Positions 21,795-34,935 of a stretch of 64,000 nt of DNA are shown one piece after another. The first letter of the stretch is position 1. Each line of letters begins with the position of its first letter. The notes below the pieces were generated by a model. It searched no databases. It worked only from the letters and a program-made list of their open reading frames with translations, and had not been told where the DNA came from. The position numbers and the translations under genes were made by a program. Where the stretch lies: positions 32,587,810 to 32,651,809 of the forward strand of contig NC_052152.1 in the NCBI RefSeq assembly GCF_902713615.1. The letters are read 5' to 3'. This stretch comes from Scyliorhinus canicula. Taxonomy: Eukaryota.

Positions 21795-23587
21795 CTGTGT
21801 AACGTTCAAATGTATATTCATTTGTATTTCCAGTTGTCTCTTTGCCTCATCCTGTGCTTGCTCCCTCATTTGTTCTTGCACTTGTCTCTTAATTTGCTCT
21901 TCCAGGTGTCTTCTCGCCTTCTGCTCTGCTTGTTTCATAATTTGCTCATCCACTTCTCTTTTCCTCTGTTCTTCTGCTTGTCTTGCCTGTTCCTCCACTT
22001 GTCGTTTCCTCTGTTCTTCTGCTTGTCTTGCCTGTTCCTCCACTTGTCTTCTCCTCTGTTCTGCTGCTTGTCTTGCCTGTTCCTCCACTTGTCTTCTCCT
22101 CTGTTCTGCTGCTTGTCTTGCCTGCTCCTCCACTTGTCGTTTCCGCTGTTCTTCTGCTTGTCTTGCCTGTTCCTCCACTTGTCTTCTCCTCTGTTCTGCT
22201 GCTTGTCTTGCCTGTTCCTCCACTTGTCTTCTCCTCTGTTCTGCTGCTTGTCTTGCCTGCTCCTCCACTTGTCTTCTCCTCTGTTCTTCTGCTTGTCTTG
22301 CCTGTTCCTCCACTTGTCTTCTCCTCTGTTCTGCTGCTTGTTTTGCCTGCTCCTCCACTTGTCTTCTCCTCTGTTCTGCTGCTTGTCTTGCCTGTTCCTC
22401 CACTTGTCTTCTCCTCTGTTCTGCTGCTTGTCTTGCCTGTTCCTCCACTTGTCTTCTCCTCTGTTCTGCTGCTTGTCTTGCCTGCTCCTCCACTTGTCGT
22501 TTCCTCTGTTCTTCTGCTTGTCTTGCCTGTTCCTCCACTTGTCTTCTCCTCTGTTCTGCTGCTTGTCTTGCCTGTTCCTCCACTTGTCGTTTCCTCTGTT
22601 CTTCTGCTTGTCTTGCCTGTTCCTCCACTTGTCTTCTCCTCTGTTCTGCTGCTTGTCTTGCCTGTTCCTCCACTTGCCTTCTCCACTGTTTTTCTGCTTG
22701 TCTTGCCTGCTCCTCCACTTGTCGTTTCCTCTGTTCTTCGGCTTGTCTTGCCTGCTCCTCCACTTGTCTTGCCTGCTCCTCCACTTGTTGTTTCCTCTGT
22801 TCTTCGGCTTGTCTTGCCTGCTCCTCCACTTGTATTCTCTTCTGTTTTTCTGCTCGTCTTGCCTGCTTCTCCACTTGTCGTTTCCTCTGCTTTTCTGCTC
22901 GTCTTGCCTGCTCCTTCACTTGTCGTTTCCTCTGTTCTGCTGCTTGTCCTGCCTGCTTCTCCAGTTGTCTTCTCCACTGTTTTTCTAGTCTTCTTGCCTG
23001 CTTCTCCACTTGTCTTCTCCTCTGTTTTTCTGCTTGATTTGCCTGCTTCTCCACTTCTCTTTTCCGCTGTTCTTCTGCTTGTCTTACCAGCTCCTCCACT
23101 TGTCTTCTCTGTTTTTCTGCTCGTCTTGCCTTCTTCTTCAGTTGTCGTTTCCTCTGTTCGTCTTCTTGTCTTCCCTGCTCCTCCACTTGTCTTATCCTCT
23201 GTTCTTCTGCTTGTCTCCTCTGCCCCATCTCTCGTCTCCTTGCCTGCTCCTCCACTTGTCTTGCCTGCTCCAATTCCCTTTGTGCCACCTTGAATTCTTG
23301 TGCCTTGGCTTTTACCTTTGCTTTTTCAATTTTCCCCTGCTCCAATTCTTGTTTCCTAACTTGCAGCAGAAGGTTGTGATTTGTATTGTCTGTTACCTTT
23401 TTTTTCTTCCATTCTTCCTGTATCCAGTATAACAAAGCTTTGTTAATAAGTTGCTGTTTGTCTGCTGAAGCTGATATGACAATGTCATGCCTGAATAAGT
23501 ACTTCATTATTGCCTCTCGGACAACCTTCCGCCGTTTTAGTAGTTCTTCTGCACTTTGGCTATAATTTAGAATGACACTGATGGTTT
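21795..23587 (-). CDS. C3orf38-like paralog, gene B, coding exon 2 (1793 nt; YSQSAEELL domain followed by the long 15-aa repeat)
   Basis: Acceptor tttccttgtag|AA; ILNYSQSAEELLKRRKVVRE motif; no stop across 597 codons; phase-0 donor CAG|GTAATT at 21795/21794. Confidence 0.85.
21950..23270 (-). repeat. Coding minisatellite, 45-bp unit (QVEEQARQAAEQRRR), about 28 units
   Basis: Units counted directly from the translation of exon 2B. Confidence 0.95.
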
Positions 23588-23644
23588 CTACAAGGAAATC
23601 AAAAAAGAAGTTTAATTTGTATATATAACACTGGAATAACAATG

Positions 23645-25110
23645 ATTACAGCACAGAAGGAGGGCATTTATCCCATCATGTCTATTCAACAGCAACTTAG
23701 CTAGTCCCACTTTCCTTAGCTTTTTCCTTAGCCCTGATTTTTTTCCTCAGCTGCAATTCAAAATTGAAAGGTATCATTTGATCATTGTGTTCAGCAAAAC
23801 ATTCCGGTTGTAACCACTCATTGCGTAAAAGGGTTTCCTCATGTCAGTTTTGGGTTTTTGCCATTCTTAAATAGACTTTGGTTCTTGGCTCTACTGCCAA
23901 TGGGAAGTTTTTCTCTATCTGTTCTGACCAGAACCTCTCAGGACTTTAAACATCACTGTCAACTCTCCTCTCCACCTTCTCTTCTCCAAGGGAAACAAGT
24001 CCAACTTCTCCAATCCATCCACTTGACTGAACTCCCTCATTTCTGGAACCATTCTCATTTATCTGCATCCAGTCTTCACACCGTGAGGAGCCCAGAATTG
24101 AAAATGATACTCCAATTGAAGCAGAACCAGTATTTTATAAAGACTTATTACTAAACCCCTGGCTTTTCTACTCTCTGCCTTAATTTATAAAGTTCAGGAT
24201 CCTGTACACCATTTTAACTACTGTCTCAACTTACCCTGCCACCTTCAATAATTTGTATTGTTTCGAAAAGCTTTCCTGCCACTGCGGTTACACAGACAGG
24301 CCTGTACTTACTGAGTTTATCCTTACACCCCTTTGTTAACAAAGGTGTCTTCTGAGACTACCTCAATATCGAAGGAGTATTGGAAAATTATAGTTAGTAT
24401 TTCTGCAATTTCCAACCTTATTTGCCTCGGTATCCTCAGATGTATCCCAGCCAGTCCCTTCAACTTAAAGTACAAACAACCTTCCTAATACTGATCTGAA
24501 TTTTTAGCTCATCCAGTATCCCCCCTTTCTGTTGGAAACTTTAAGAGTCCCTTTTGGTTAGCTCCCAATTTCTTCTTATATTCTCTGCTACCTTCTCATT
24601 TCCTTTTTCACTTACCCACTGAACTTTCTATATTTAGCTTGATCCTCACTTGTATTATCAACTGGCACCCCTCTTTCTGCTTCACCTTAATCACTACCCT
24701 TTTCATTATGCTTCGCTCAGCAAAAGAAATCGGAGACCATTCAACACCACTTTCCCACCTACTCACAATATCCAAAGATTCCTTGGGGAGCAAGAAACTG
24801 TCAACCTCTACCTTAAATATATTCAAGAAAGGAACATCCACAACCCTCAGGGATAGACTTTCACAACCCTTTGAGTGAAGCTCTGGGGTTGTTTGTTCTA
24901 CCTTTACCCATCTTGTGAAAATAAAATGACTGTATCCACAGTATCGCCTCTTTAAAGGCAACCAGTTGTTCCATTACAGTTTTGCCTGACAATCTATGAT
25001 TCATTTTATCTGGGGTCAGATCTGTTCTCACCTCACTGAAATTGGCTCTCCTCCAATTCTATATTTTTACTCGATTGTTCCGAGCCTTTCTCTTTGCCTA
25101 ACATAAAATT
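23645..25110 (-). mobile_element. Old CR1-type LINE fragments
   Basis: Degenerate similarity to CR1 ORF2 and 3' end. Confidence 0.5.
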
Positions 25111-25971
25111 TGGTTTCTTAACAAACCAAAATGGCTGAACTGTTTTGGCAAGTGCCAACATGAACTCCCTTCTGTCCTTTTCAATTAAAACCAAATAAGG
25201 CTGAAACACCCTTGGAACCTCCAGTGGACTCCCTTCAAGTCAGCAGAACTGCTAGAAAATAGACAGCATTCCAGATATGCAGTCTCTTCCCCATCTGGGG
25301 CCATGTGTGAGAGTTTCCTAAACTTGGAATTCCCATACACAAGCTCCTTATAGGGCTGGATTGCGACCAGAACTATAACCCTACTACTCTCACACATACA
25401 GCCCCATATCCCCCAGATCTCTTGATGGTCGGGGTTTGTTCATTTCCAGAGATGAGGGGAGCTAATTGGCTGTGGTGCATGCTTTCGGAATTTTGCTGGA
25501 GGTTGGGAGCTTTCGATGGATGTTTTAGCCCAATTAGCCCACAGTTTAATTTTAGGAACAGCGTGTTCATGTTACGCCAACAAATTTAAATAATTTGTGG
25601 TGGAAAGAAGATTGTGTTCTTTCGACATCCCAACCGTCCCAATTATAGGGAATCATAAGGCTAATTGTGTTTGTGAGGCAATGTTTTATTCACTCTGTCA
25701 GTTGTTGAAATTACGTTGCTACCCAAGCTGAGTTCCATGGTAACAACATGCTTCCATTCCTTCATTTTCTGGTTGGTTCTGCAGATGGATTTACATTTGA
25801 TGTTGCCATACCTCATTATAGTCTGATATGCACTTCCTACAGTAATGTCGTGCATGCATTATTTAGAAATACTGGGTGAATTTAATGTTAATGTCAATTC
25901 TTCAATGCATGCCCATGCAGGATCTATATAGATGCTGGCAAGGCATTAGTTGTGCATTGATATGTACTTTG

Positions 25972-26630
25972 CGCACTGGTTAGCACTGCTGTCTCATGGC
26001 ACTGAGGACCTGCGTTCGATCCTGGCCCCGGGTCACTGTCCATGTGGAGTTTGCACATTCCCCCCCGTGTCTGCCTGGGTCTCACCCCCACAACCCAAAG
26101 ATGTGCAGAGTAGGTGGATTGGCCACGCTAAATTGCCACTAATTGGAAAAAAATAATTGGGTACCCTAGTAGAAAATAAAACATTACATTTTAGGAACAG
26201 CGTGTTTATGTTACGCCAACAAATTTAAATAATTTGTGGTGGAAAGAAGATTGTGTTCTTTCGACATCCCAACCGTCCCAATTATAGGGAATTAGAGGGG
26301 CCTCACGGTGGCATGGTGGTTAGCATCAATGCTTCACAGCTCCAGGGTCCCAGGTTCGATTCCCGGCTGGGTCACTGTCTGTGGAGTCTGCACGTCCTCC
26401 CCGTGTGTGCGTGGGTTTCCTCCGTGTGCTCCGGTTTCCTCCCACAGTCTAAAGATGTGCGGGTTAGGTTGGATTGGCCATGATAAATTGCCCGTAGTGT
26501 AAGGTTAATGGGGGGAAGTGTTGGGTTACGGGTATACGGGTTACGTGGGTTTAAGTAGGGTGATCATTGCTCGGCACAACATTGAGGGCCGAAGGGGCCT
26601 GTTCTGTGCTGTACTGTTCTATGTTCTATG
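25972..26630 (+). mobile_element. Short HE1-like SINE (25972-26165) and full HE1-like SINE (26297-26630)
   Basis: Similarity to other copies. Confidence 0.8.
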
Positions 26631-27439
26631 TATTTTTCTTTGGAATGCTACAAATTTAGAATTTTCTGTAACCATTTTTAGAAAATATTTTGAGGCATTT
26701 ATAATTTTAACATTTTAAACAGAGAACTCCAACACATGCAAAAACCTACAATAGCATACCCAACTCCCCCCAACCTTAAACCCTAACGAGCTATACATTA
26801 AATTCCCTGCACTTATTCGGCACTTCTATGCCTCCCCCTTTCCCCCTCCCCACCCCCCTCCTGCTGACGGTCAATTCTCCTTGAAGAAGTCGATGAACGG
26901 CTATCACATCCAAGTGAACCCCTGTAATGAACCCCTTAAGGCTAACTTAATTTTCTCTAGCCTAAGAAATCCTGCCACATCACTGACCCAAACCCCCGAC
27001 TTTGGAGGCTCCGAGTCCCCCCATCCCAGCAAAATCCGTCTCCGGGCCACCAGTGAGGCAAAGGCCAAAACATTGGCCTCTCTCCCTGCCTCGGGCTCCC
27101 GGATCTTCCAACACTCCAAATATTGCCACATCTGGACTCGGAGTCACCCTCTCTTCCAGGACTTCTGACATGACATCCGAAAATCCCTGCCAAAATCCCC
27201 TCAGCCTCGGACACACCCAAAACAAATGTACATGGTTTGTAGGACCTCCCGCACAGAGTGCACACCTGTCCTCCACTTCCTCAAAAAACCTACTCATCCG
27301 GATCACAGTCAAATGAGCCCTGTGGATCACCTTGAACTGGATCAGGCTAAGCCTGGGACATGACGAGGATGCATTGACTCTCCTCAGGGCCTTCTCCCAT
27401 AACCAGACTTCCAACTGTCCTCCCAGCTCTTCCTCTTGA

Positions 27440-29322
27440 ATCCTGCGGGTGGACTCACTTTGGAGCATCTGCGATGCTGAGGACGTCGTGGATAGCACGT
27501 TTAGCGAGTTGGTCACACTGCAGGTTAAAGTTACTGAGGGAGATAGAAAATGGGTGACCAAAAGACAGAGCAACAGTAGGAATGCAGTGCAGGTGTCCAC
27601 TGCGGTCATCTCCCTGCAAAACAGATATACCGCTTTGGATACTGTTGAGGGAGATGGCTCACCAGGGGAAGGCAGCAGCAGCCAAGTTCATGGCACTGTG
27701 GCTGGCTCTGCTGCGCAGCAGGGCAGGATGGAGAATGGTAGGGCTATAGTGATAGGGGACTCAATCGTAAGGGGAATAGACAGGCGGTTCTGCGGACGCA
27801 ATCGAGATTCCAGGATGGTATGTTGCCTCCCTGGTGCAAGGGTCAAGGATGTCTCAGGGCGGCTGCAGGACATTCTGGGGCGGGGGGGGGGGGGGGGGGT
27901 GAACAGCCAGCTGTCGTGGTGCACATAGGCACCAACGATATAGGTAAAAGAAATGGGACGAGGTCCTACAAGCCAAATTCAGGGAGTTGAGTTAAACTAA
28001 AAGGTAGGACCTCAAAAGGTAGCAATCTGAGGATTGCCACCTGTGCCACGAGCTAGTCAGAGTAGGGATGTCAGGATAGATAGGATGAATGCGTGGCTTG
28101 AGAGATGGTGCAAGAGAGAGTGTTTCAGATTCCTGGGGCAATGGAACCGGTTCTGGGGGATGTGGGACCAGTACATACCGGTTGGTCTGCATCCGATGTC
28201 CTGGGAGGGGGGGGGGGGGGGGGGGGTCTGCTCTGAGCTGCTGGGGAGGGTTTAAACTAATATGGCAGGGGATGGGAACCAATCCAGGAAGTCGGAAGGT
28301 AGTAAAACAGGGACAGAAACAAAAGGCAGTAAGGGGGAAAGTGTAAGGCAGAGAAGTCATAGTCAAAAATCAAAAAGGGTGACAATACAAGGTACAGTGA
28401 CTGAGGGGAGCTCAGTGAATAGGCCCAGTAATACTAAAAGGAATAAAACGGGAAGTAAAAACGTAAATGGTAAGTGATGTGGCAGGTTGTTACATGAAGA
28501 TGAAATGAAAATCGCTTATTGTCACGAGTCGGCTTCAATTAAGTTACTGCAAAAAGCCCCTAGTCGCCACATTCCGGCGCCTGTCCAGGGAGGCTGGTAC
28601 GGGAATCGAACCGTGCTGCTGGCCTGCTTGGTCTGCTTTAAAAGCCAGCGATTTAGTCCAGTGAGCTAAACCAGCCCCTAATGGAATTTTGTCCTTCATT
28701 GCTAGAGGGATGGAGTTTAAGACTAGGAAGGTTATGCTGCAATTGTATAAGGTGTTAGTGAGGTCACACCTGGAGTATTGTGTTCAGTTTTGGTCTCCTT
28801 AGCTGAGAAAGGACATACTGGCACTGGAGGGTGTGCAGAGGAGATTCACTAGGTTAATCTCAGAGTTGAAGGAGTTGGATTACGAGGAGAGGTTGAGTAG
28901 ACCGGGACTGTACTCGTTGGAATTTAGAAGGATGAGGGGGGATCTTATAGAAACATATAAAATTATGAAGGGAATAGATAGGATAGATGCGGGCAAGTTG
29001 TTTCCACTGGCGGGTGAAAGCAGAACTAGGGGACATAGCCTCAAAATAAGGGGAAGTAGATTTAGGACTGAGTTTAGGAGGAACTTCGTCACCCAAAGGG
29101 TTGTGAATCTATGGAATCCCTTGGCCAGTGAAGCAGCTAAGGCTCCTTCATTAAATGTTTTTAAGATAGACATAGATAGTTTTTGAGGAATAAAGGGATT
29201 AAGGGTTATGGTGTTCAGGCCAGAAAGTGGAGCTGAGTCCAAAAAGGATCAGCCATGATTTCATTGAATGGCGGAGCAAGCTCGAGGGGCCAGATGGTCT
29301 ACACCTGCTCCTAGTTCTTATG
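27440..29322 (+). mobile_element. Internally deleted CR1 LINE (ORF1 esterase plus ORF2 3' end)
   Basis: IVIGDSIVRG; QRRFTRLI...LYSLEFRRMRGDLIE; tcttatg tail. Confidence 0.85.
28502..28679 (-). mobile_element. SINE family 2, nested in CR1
   Basis: Similarity to other copies. Confidence 0.85.
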
Positions 29323-30005
29323 CTCTCTTCCCCTCCCCAATTGGCACCCTTCCCACTCTATCAGTTCCTTGTATATTTCCGAGACCCTCCCCTCCCCAAC
29401 CCCTGTTTTAGACATCACCTTATCCGGTAGTTAGCATGAGGCGAGAGAAGCTCGGGACCTGCCTCCGTCGGGAAACCCTCCTCAATGAAGACATCTCCAA
29501 ATCTCTCAATCCCTGCCCGTTGCCACCTCCTGAAGCCCTCGTCCAGCCCTCCCGGAGGGAACCGGTGATTGTTACAGATCAGTGACCACACCGACGCCCC
29601 CTCCCAGTCTCATGTGCTGCCAGTCCATTGCCCCCAAACTCTCAGGGCTGCCACATACCACTGGGCCTGTGGAGTACTGAGCCGGCGAGAACAGCAGAAG
29701 TGCCGTTAACAAAGCTTCAAACTCGTGCCCTTACAAGATGCCATTTCCACTCGCTCCAGCACCAACCCCTCCCCACTACCCATTTTTCCGAACCATCGAT
29801 ATATTAGCCGCCCAGTAGTAATGAATAAGTTGGAAGGGCCAGAGCCCCCAGCCCCCCCACCCCCCACCGCCCCCCGCGCCCCCCACCGCCCCACCCCCAC
29901 CGCCCCCCCCCCACCGCCCCCGCCCCCACCCCGCCCCCCCGCCCCCGCGCCCACCGCACCGCCCCGCCCCCACGCCCCCGCGCCCCCACCGCCCCCACCG
30001 CCCCC

Positions 30006-30595
30006 NNNNNNNNNNNNNNNNNNNNNNNNNNNNNNNNNNNNNNNNNNNNNNNNNNNNNNNNNNNNNNNNNNNNNNNNNNNNNNNNNNNNNNNNNNNNNNN
30101 NNNNNNNNNNNNNNNNNNNNNNNNNNNNNNNNNNNNNNNNNNNNNNNNNNNNNNNNNNNNNNNNNNNNNNNNNNNNNNNNNNNNNNNNNNNNNNNNNNNN
30201 NNNNNNNNNNNNNNNNNNNNNNNNNNNNNNNNNNNNNNNNNNNNNNNNNNNNNNNNNNNNNNNNNNNNNNNNNNNNNNNNNNNNNNNNNNNNNNNNNNNN
30301 NNNNNNNNNNNNNNNNNNNNNNNNNNNNNNNNNNNNNNNNNNNNNNNNNNNNNNNNNNNNNNNNNNNNNNNNNNNNNNNNNNNNNNNNNNNNNNNNNNNN
30401 NNNNNNNNNNNNNNNNNNNCCCCCACCCACNNNNNNNNNNNNNNNNNNNNNNNNNNNNNNNNNNNNNNNNNNNNNNNNNNNNNNNNNNNNNNNNNNNNNN
30501 NNNNNNNNNNNNNNNNNNNNNNNNNNNNNNNNNNNNNNNNNNNNNNNNNNNNNNNNNNNNNNNNNNNNNNNNNNNNNNNNNNNNNNNNNNNNNNN
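30006..30595. other. Assembly gap (N runs) within a poly-C low-complexity tract
   Basis: N characters. Confidence 1.
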
Positions 30596-31239
30596 CCCCA
30601 CCCACCCCCCACCCCCGCCCCCCCCCCCACCCCCCCCCCCCCACCCCCCCCCCCCACCCCCCACCACCCCCCCCACCCCCCCACCACCCACCACCCACCA
30701 GATGCCCCACCCCCTCATCTCTCCCGCCAAATGTTCGATGCCCTCAGCGTCATTGCCAAAGGCTCTATGGCCAGGGCAAACAGTAGTGGGGAGAGTGGAT
30801 ACCCCTGTTCTCATCCCCCGGCACAGACTAAAATATTCTGATCAAACCCTATTTGTCCTTACATTTGCCACCGGTGCCAAAGAGTCATCGGACTCGAAAC
30901 TTGAACTCTTTTCTCTCCCTACGTATGCTGCCAGACCTGCTGAGATTTTCCAGCATTTTCTTTCAATGTCATCCCAATTCAGGGCATATATATTTACCAA
31001 TACCGCAGCCATTCCCTTCAGCTTCCCAGAAACCATAACATATCTACCCCCCAAGTCCGCTTCTATATTCCCCACCAAAACCAACCTTTTGTTATTTTTA
31101 TTGAAATGCAAGGCGACTCTCTACAAACTCTCCCCAACAGATCCACTTTTAACTTAACTTATACTCGTTCTAACCTTTTAAAAATGAATTCTAAAGCTAA
31201 CATTATTACTAACCTCTCTTTTATCTTCCCTGCAGGCTT

Positions 31240-34200
31240 GAAGATCCTCCAGGCTTGAAGATCCTCCGAGGCCCTTGGAGACCTTTTGACCCGACCCGCC
31301 CTGACCTCCGTGACCTGGAAGAAGATCGGGCCCAAACCGGAAGTGAAGCCCCGACCTCGATTTGGAGCCGACCCGGGCCTCGGAGCTCCAAACCCGGCCT
31401 AACTACCGACGCCAGCCCCCGGATCTCCCGGCCTAGTCCCCGGAGCTCCCGACCCGACCCCCGACGGCAAGACCCGACCCAACGCGACCCCGAGAGACCC
31501 GCCAAGCGACCCGACCCGGAGAGGCCCGCCCAGCAACCCGACCTACCTGGTGATGGAAGAAATAAAAATCCACATGGAGGCCCCACAGTGCCGACTTCAA
31601 GATCCGACCCCAGGAGCGCCCAGGGAGGGAACAGACCATGGGACCTAGCCCAACCTGCCCCAGGAAGCCCCCGCCCACGACCCAGGACCCCAGAAACAAC
31701 GGAGACCGCGCGCGAGGACCCGAACACGCTGCAAGGTATTCCCGCGCCCGCAGAACGCCGGGACCCATCCGGATCGCAAACTCGCCCCCCCAGCAATCCC
31801 TTTACCTCAACCAGCGCCCGGGACCCTGCCAGACGCGACCCCGGAAACGTAAACAGCGCCCTGGGCCCCACCAGCGCCCTGGACCCCGCCAGACGCAACC
31901 ACCTACCTTCCACAAGGGCTGACGTCTCCCATTGGATCCCAGGATCATCCAGCAGCAGCCGCCGACCGAGGAAGCGAGGGAAACGCAGCGATCTGCAGGT
32001 TAGACTGAAGTAACGCGGTTTCAAGACCCCTCTCCCGAGCATACTGTGTTGTTCACCGCACATACTCCTGGCAAACGTCCAAGCGATTGAAAACAAGCTG
32101 GATGAACTTAACGCCATACTTACCTCTCAGAGGGAAGTAAGAGACTGCTGTGTGCTCTGTTTCACAGAGACATGGCTCACCCCCGCCTCACCGGACTGTG
32201 CCATACAACCTGAAGGCTTCTCTATTCACCGGGCGGACCGCACGGCATCTTCAGGCAAAGCGAAGGGTGGAGGGGTTTTTCCTCCTCATCAACTCCTCCT
32301 GGTGCTTGGATGTGGTGACCCTGGCGATCTACTGCTCCCCAGACCTGGAATGCTTGACCGTAAAGTGCCGCCCATACTATCTTCCACGTGAGTTCACTTC
32401 AGCCATTATCACAGCGGCCTACATCCCACCCCAGGCAGAAGTGAGGAAGGCGCTGGATGAACTTACACAGTCATAAACATCTATGAAACAGAACACCCGG
32501 AGGCCTTGTTCATTGTGGCCGGAGACTTCAACAAAGCCAACCTCAAGAGTGTACTGCCAAAATTCCACCAGCACATCTCCTGTCCCACCAGGGGCGACAA
32601 CACTCTTGACCACTGCTACTCAAAAATCCAGGGCGACTACCGTTCCATCCCCCGACCGCATTTTGGGAAATCAGACCATAAGACTGTGCTCCTTCTCCCG
32701 GCTTACAAGCAGAAACTCAAGCGGGAGAATCCAGCTAAGAAGGTTGTGCAGTGCTGGTCCGAGGAGACAGAAGAGCTCTTACGTGACTGCTTAGAGACAG
32801 TGGACTGGTCCATATTTAAGAACTCAGCGACTAACTTAAATGAGTATGCCACCACCGTCACAGACTTCATCAGCAAATGTGTGGACGACTACGTGCCAAA
32901 GAAAGCAGTACATACGTTCCCCAACCGGAAACCATAGCTCAACCGCGAGATTGACTCCCTACTGAAGGACAGATCTGAGGCATTCAAGGCAGACGACCCT
33001 GTCCTATACAAGAAATCCAGGTACGACCTCCGCAAAGCCACCCGAGATGCCAAGAGAGAATATCAAACTAAGCTAGAGTCACAGACAGACTCTCGGCGAT
33101 TGTGGCAAGGACTAAACAACATAACGGGCTACAAAGCGAAGCCGAGCAGTATCTCTGGCAGCAGCGCACCCCTCCCCGATGAACTTAATGCATTCTATGC
33201 TCGGTTTGAGCAGGTAACCAACAATCCGCTGTTGAGTGCCCCAGCAGCCCACAATTCACCCATACCCACCATCACAGTTTCCGAAGTCAGATCGGCCTTC
33301 CTGAAAGTGAACCCACGGAAGGGCATGGGCCCGGACGGGATCCCTGGTCGTGCACTCAGAGCCTGCGCATACCAGCTGGCAGAGGTATTCACAGACATCT
33401 TTAACCTATCCCTACTCCACTCCGAGGTCCCCACCTGTTTCAAGAAGACCGGTACCAAAGAAGAACCAGGCAACATGCCTCAATGACTACCGCCCGGTGG
33501 CCCTGACGTCAGTTGTAATGAAGTGCTTCAAGAGGCTGATCATGAAGCGCATCACCTCCATACTCCCGGAACGCCTTGACCCACTTCCATTCGCATACCG
33601 TCGCAACCGGTCCACATCAGACGCCATTTCCCTGGCCCTACACTCATCCCTAGAGCATCTTGAAAACAAGGACTCCTACATCAGACTCCTATTTATTGAC
33701 TACAGCTCTGCCTTCAACACCATAATCCCAGCTAAGCTCATATCAAAGCTCCAAAACCTAGGACTTGGCTCTCCACTCTGGAACTGGATCCTTGACTTTC
33801 TGACCAACAGACCACAATCAGTAAGAATGAACACCAACACCTCCTCCACAATAGTCCTCAATACCAGTGCCCCGCAAGGCTGCGTACTTAGCCCCCTACT
33901 CTACTCCCAGTACACACAAGACTGCGTGGCAAAACTTGGTTCCAACTCCATCTACAAGTTTGCTGACGATTCGACCATAGTGGGCCGGATCTCGAATAAC
34001 GACGAGTCCGAATACAGGAGGGAGATAGAGAATCTAGTGGAGTGGTGTAATGACAACAATCTCTCCCTCAATGCCAGCAAAACTAAAGAGCTGGTCATCG
34101 ACTTCAGGAAGCAAAGTACTGTACACACCCCTGTCAGCATCAACGGGGCCGAGGTGGAGATGGCTAGCAGTTTCAAATTCCTAGGGGTGTGTTATGTTTC

Positions 34201-34935
34201 TTAAATGATGGTGGTACTTCCATTTCCCATCAGCCCCTTCTGTACATACTCAGGCGAGGATCACTACAGGATGCACATCACCAAAAATCTGTCCTGGTCC
34301 ACTCACGTCGACGCTATCACCAAGAAAGCACAACAGCGCCTATACTTCCTCAGGAAACTAAGGAAATTCGGCGTGTCCACATTAACCCTTACCAACTTTT
34401 ACAGATGCACTATAGAAAGCATCCTATCGGGCTGCATCACAGCCTGGTATGGCAACTGCTCGGCCCAGGACCGCAAGGAACTTCAGAGAGTCGTGAATAC
34501 CGCCCAGTCCATCACACGAACCTGCCTCCCATCCATGGACTCCATCTACACCTCCCGCTCCCGCGGGACAGCGGGCAGCATAATCAAGGATCCCTCCCAC
34601 CCGGCTTACTCACTTTTCCAACTTCTTCCATCGGGCAGGAGATACAGAAGTCTGAGAACACGCACGAACAGACTCAAAAACAGCTTCTTCCCCACTGTCA
34701 CCAGACTCCTAAATGACCCTCTTATTGACTGACCTCATTAACACTACTCTGTATGTTTCAACCGATGCCAATGCTTATGTAGTTACATTGTATATCTTGT
34801 GTTGCCCTATTATGTATTCTCATGTATTTTCTTTAATTCCCTTTTCTTCCATGTACTGAATGATCTGTTGAGCTGCTTGCAGAAAAATACTTTTCACTGT
34901 ACCTCGGTACACGTGACAATAAACAAATCCAATCC
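31240..34935 (+). mobile_element. Rex1/Babar LINE, near full length, frameshifted
   Basis: [61 protein letters not shown] motifs; caatc-type tail. Confidence 0.9.
34190..34268. mobile_element. 79-bp LTR-like insertion (TGT...ACA) in Rex1
   Basis: Splits FLGV|HIT; flanked by gggtg / ggatg. Confidence 0.7.

Larger units (their letters stand above)
26670..31190 (-). mobile_element. Fragmented L1-clade LINE containing a nested CR1 and the assembly gap
   Basis: LSLIQFKVIHRAH..C..C....NHVHLFWVCP; endonuclease remnant GGRYVMVSGKL...LVNIYA. Confidence 0.75.

Noticed and set aside
21786-23432. Long antisense and alternative-frame ORFs over the 45-bp repeat
   Set aside because: By-products of repeat composition. 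Only the -strand frame containing YSQSAEELL links to homologous exons through valid splice sites.
29706-30814. Pro/Gly-rich ORFs across the gap
   Set aside because: Artefacts of N runs and poly-C.
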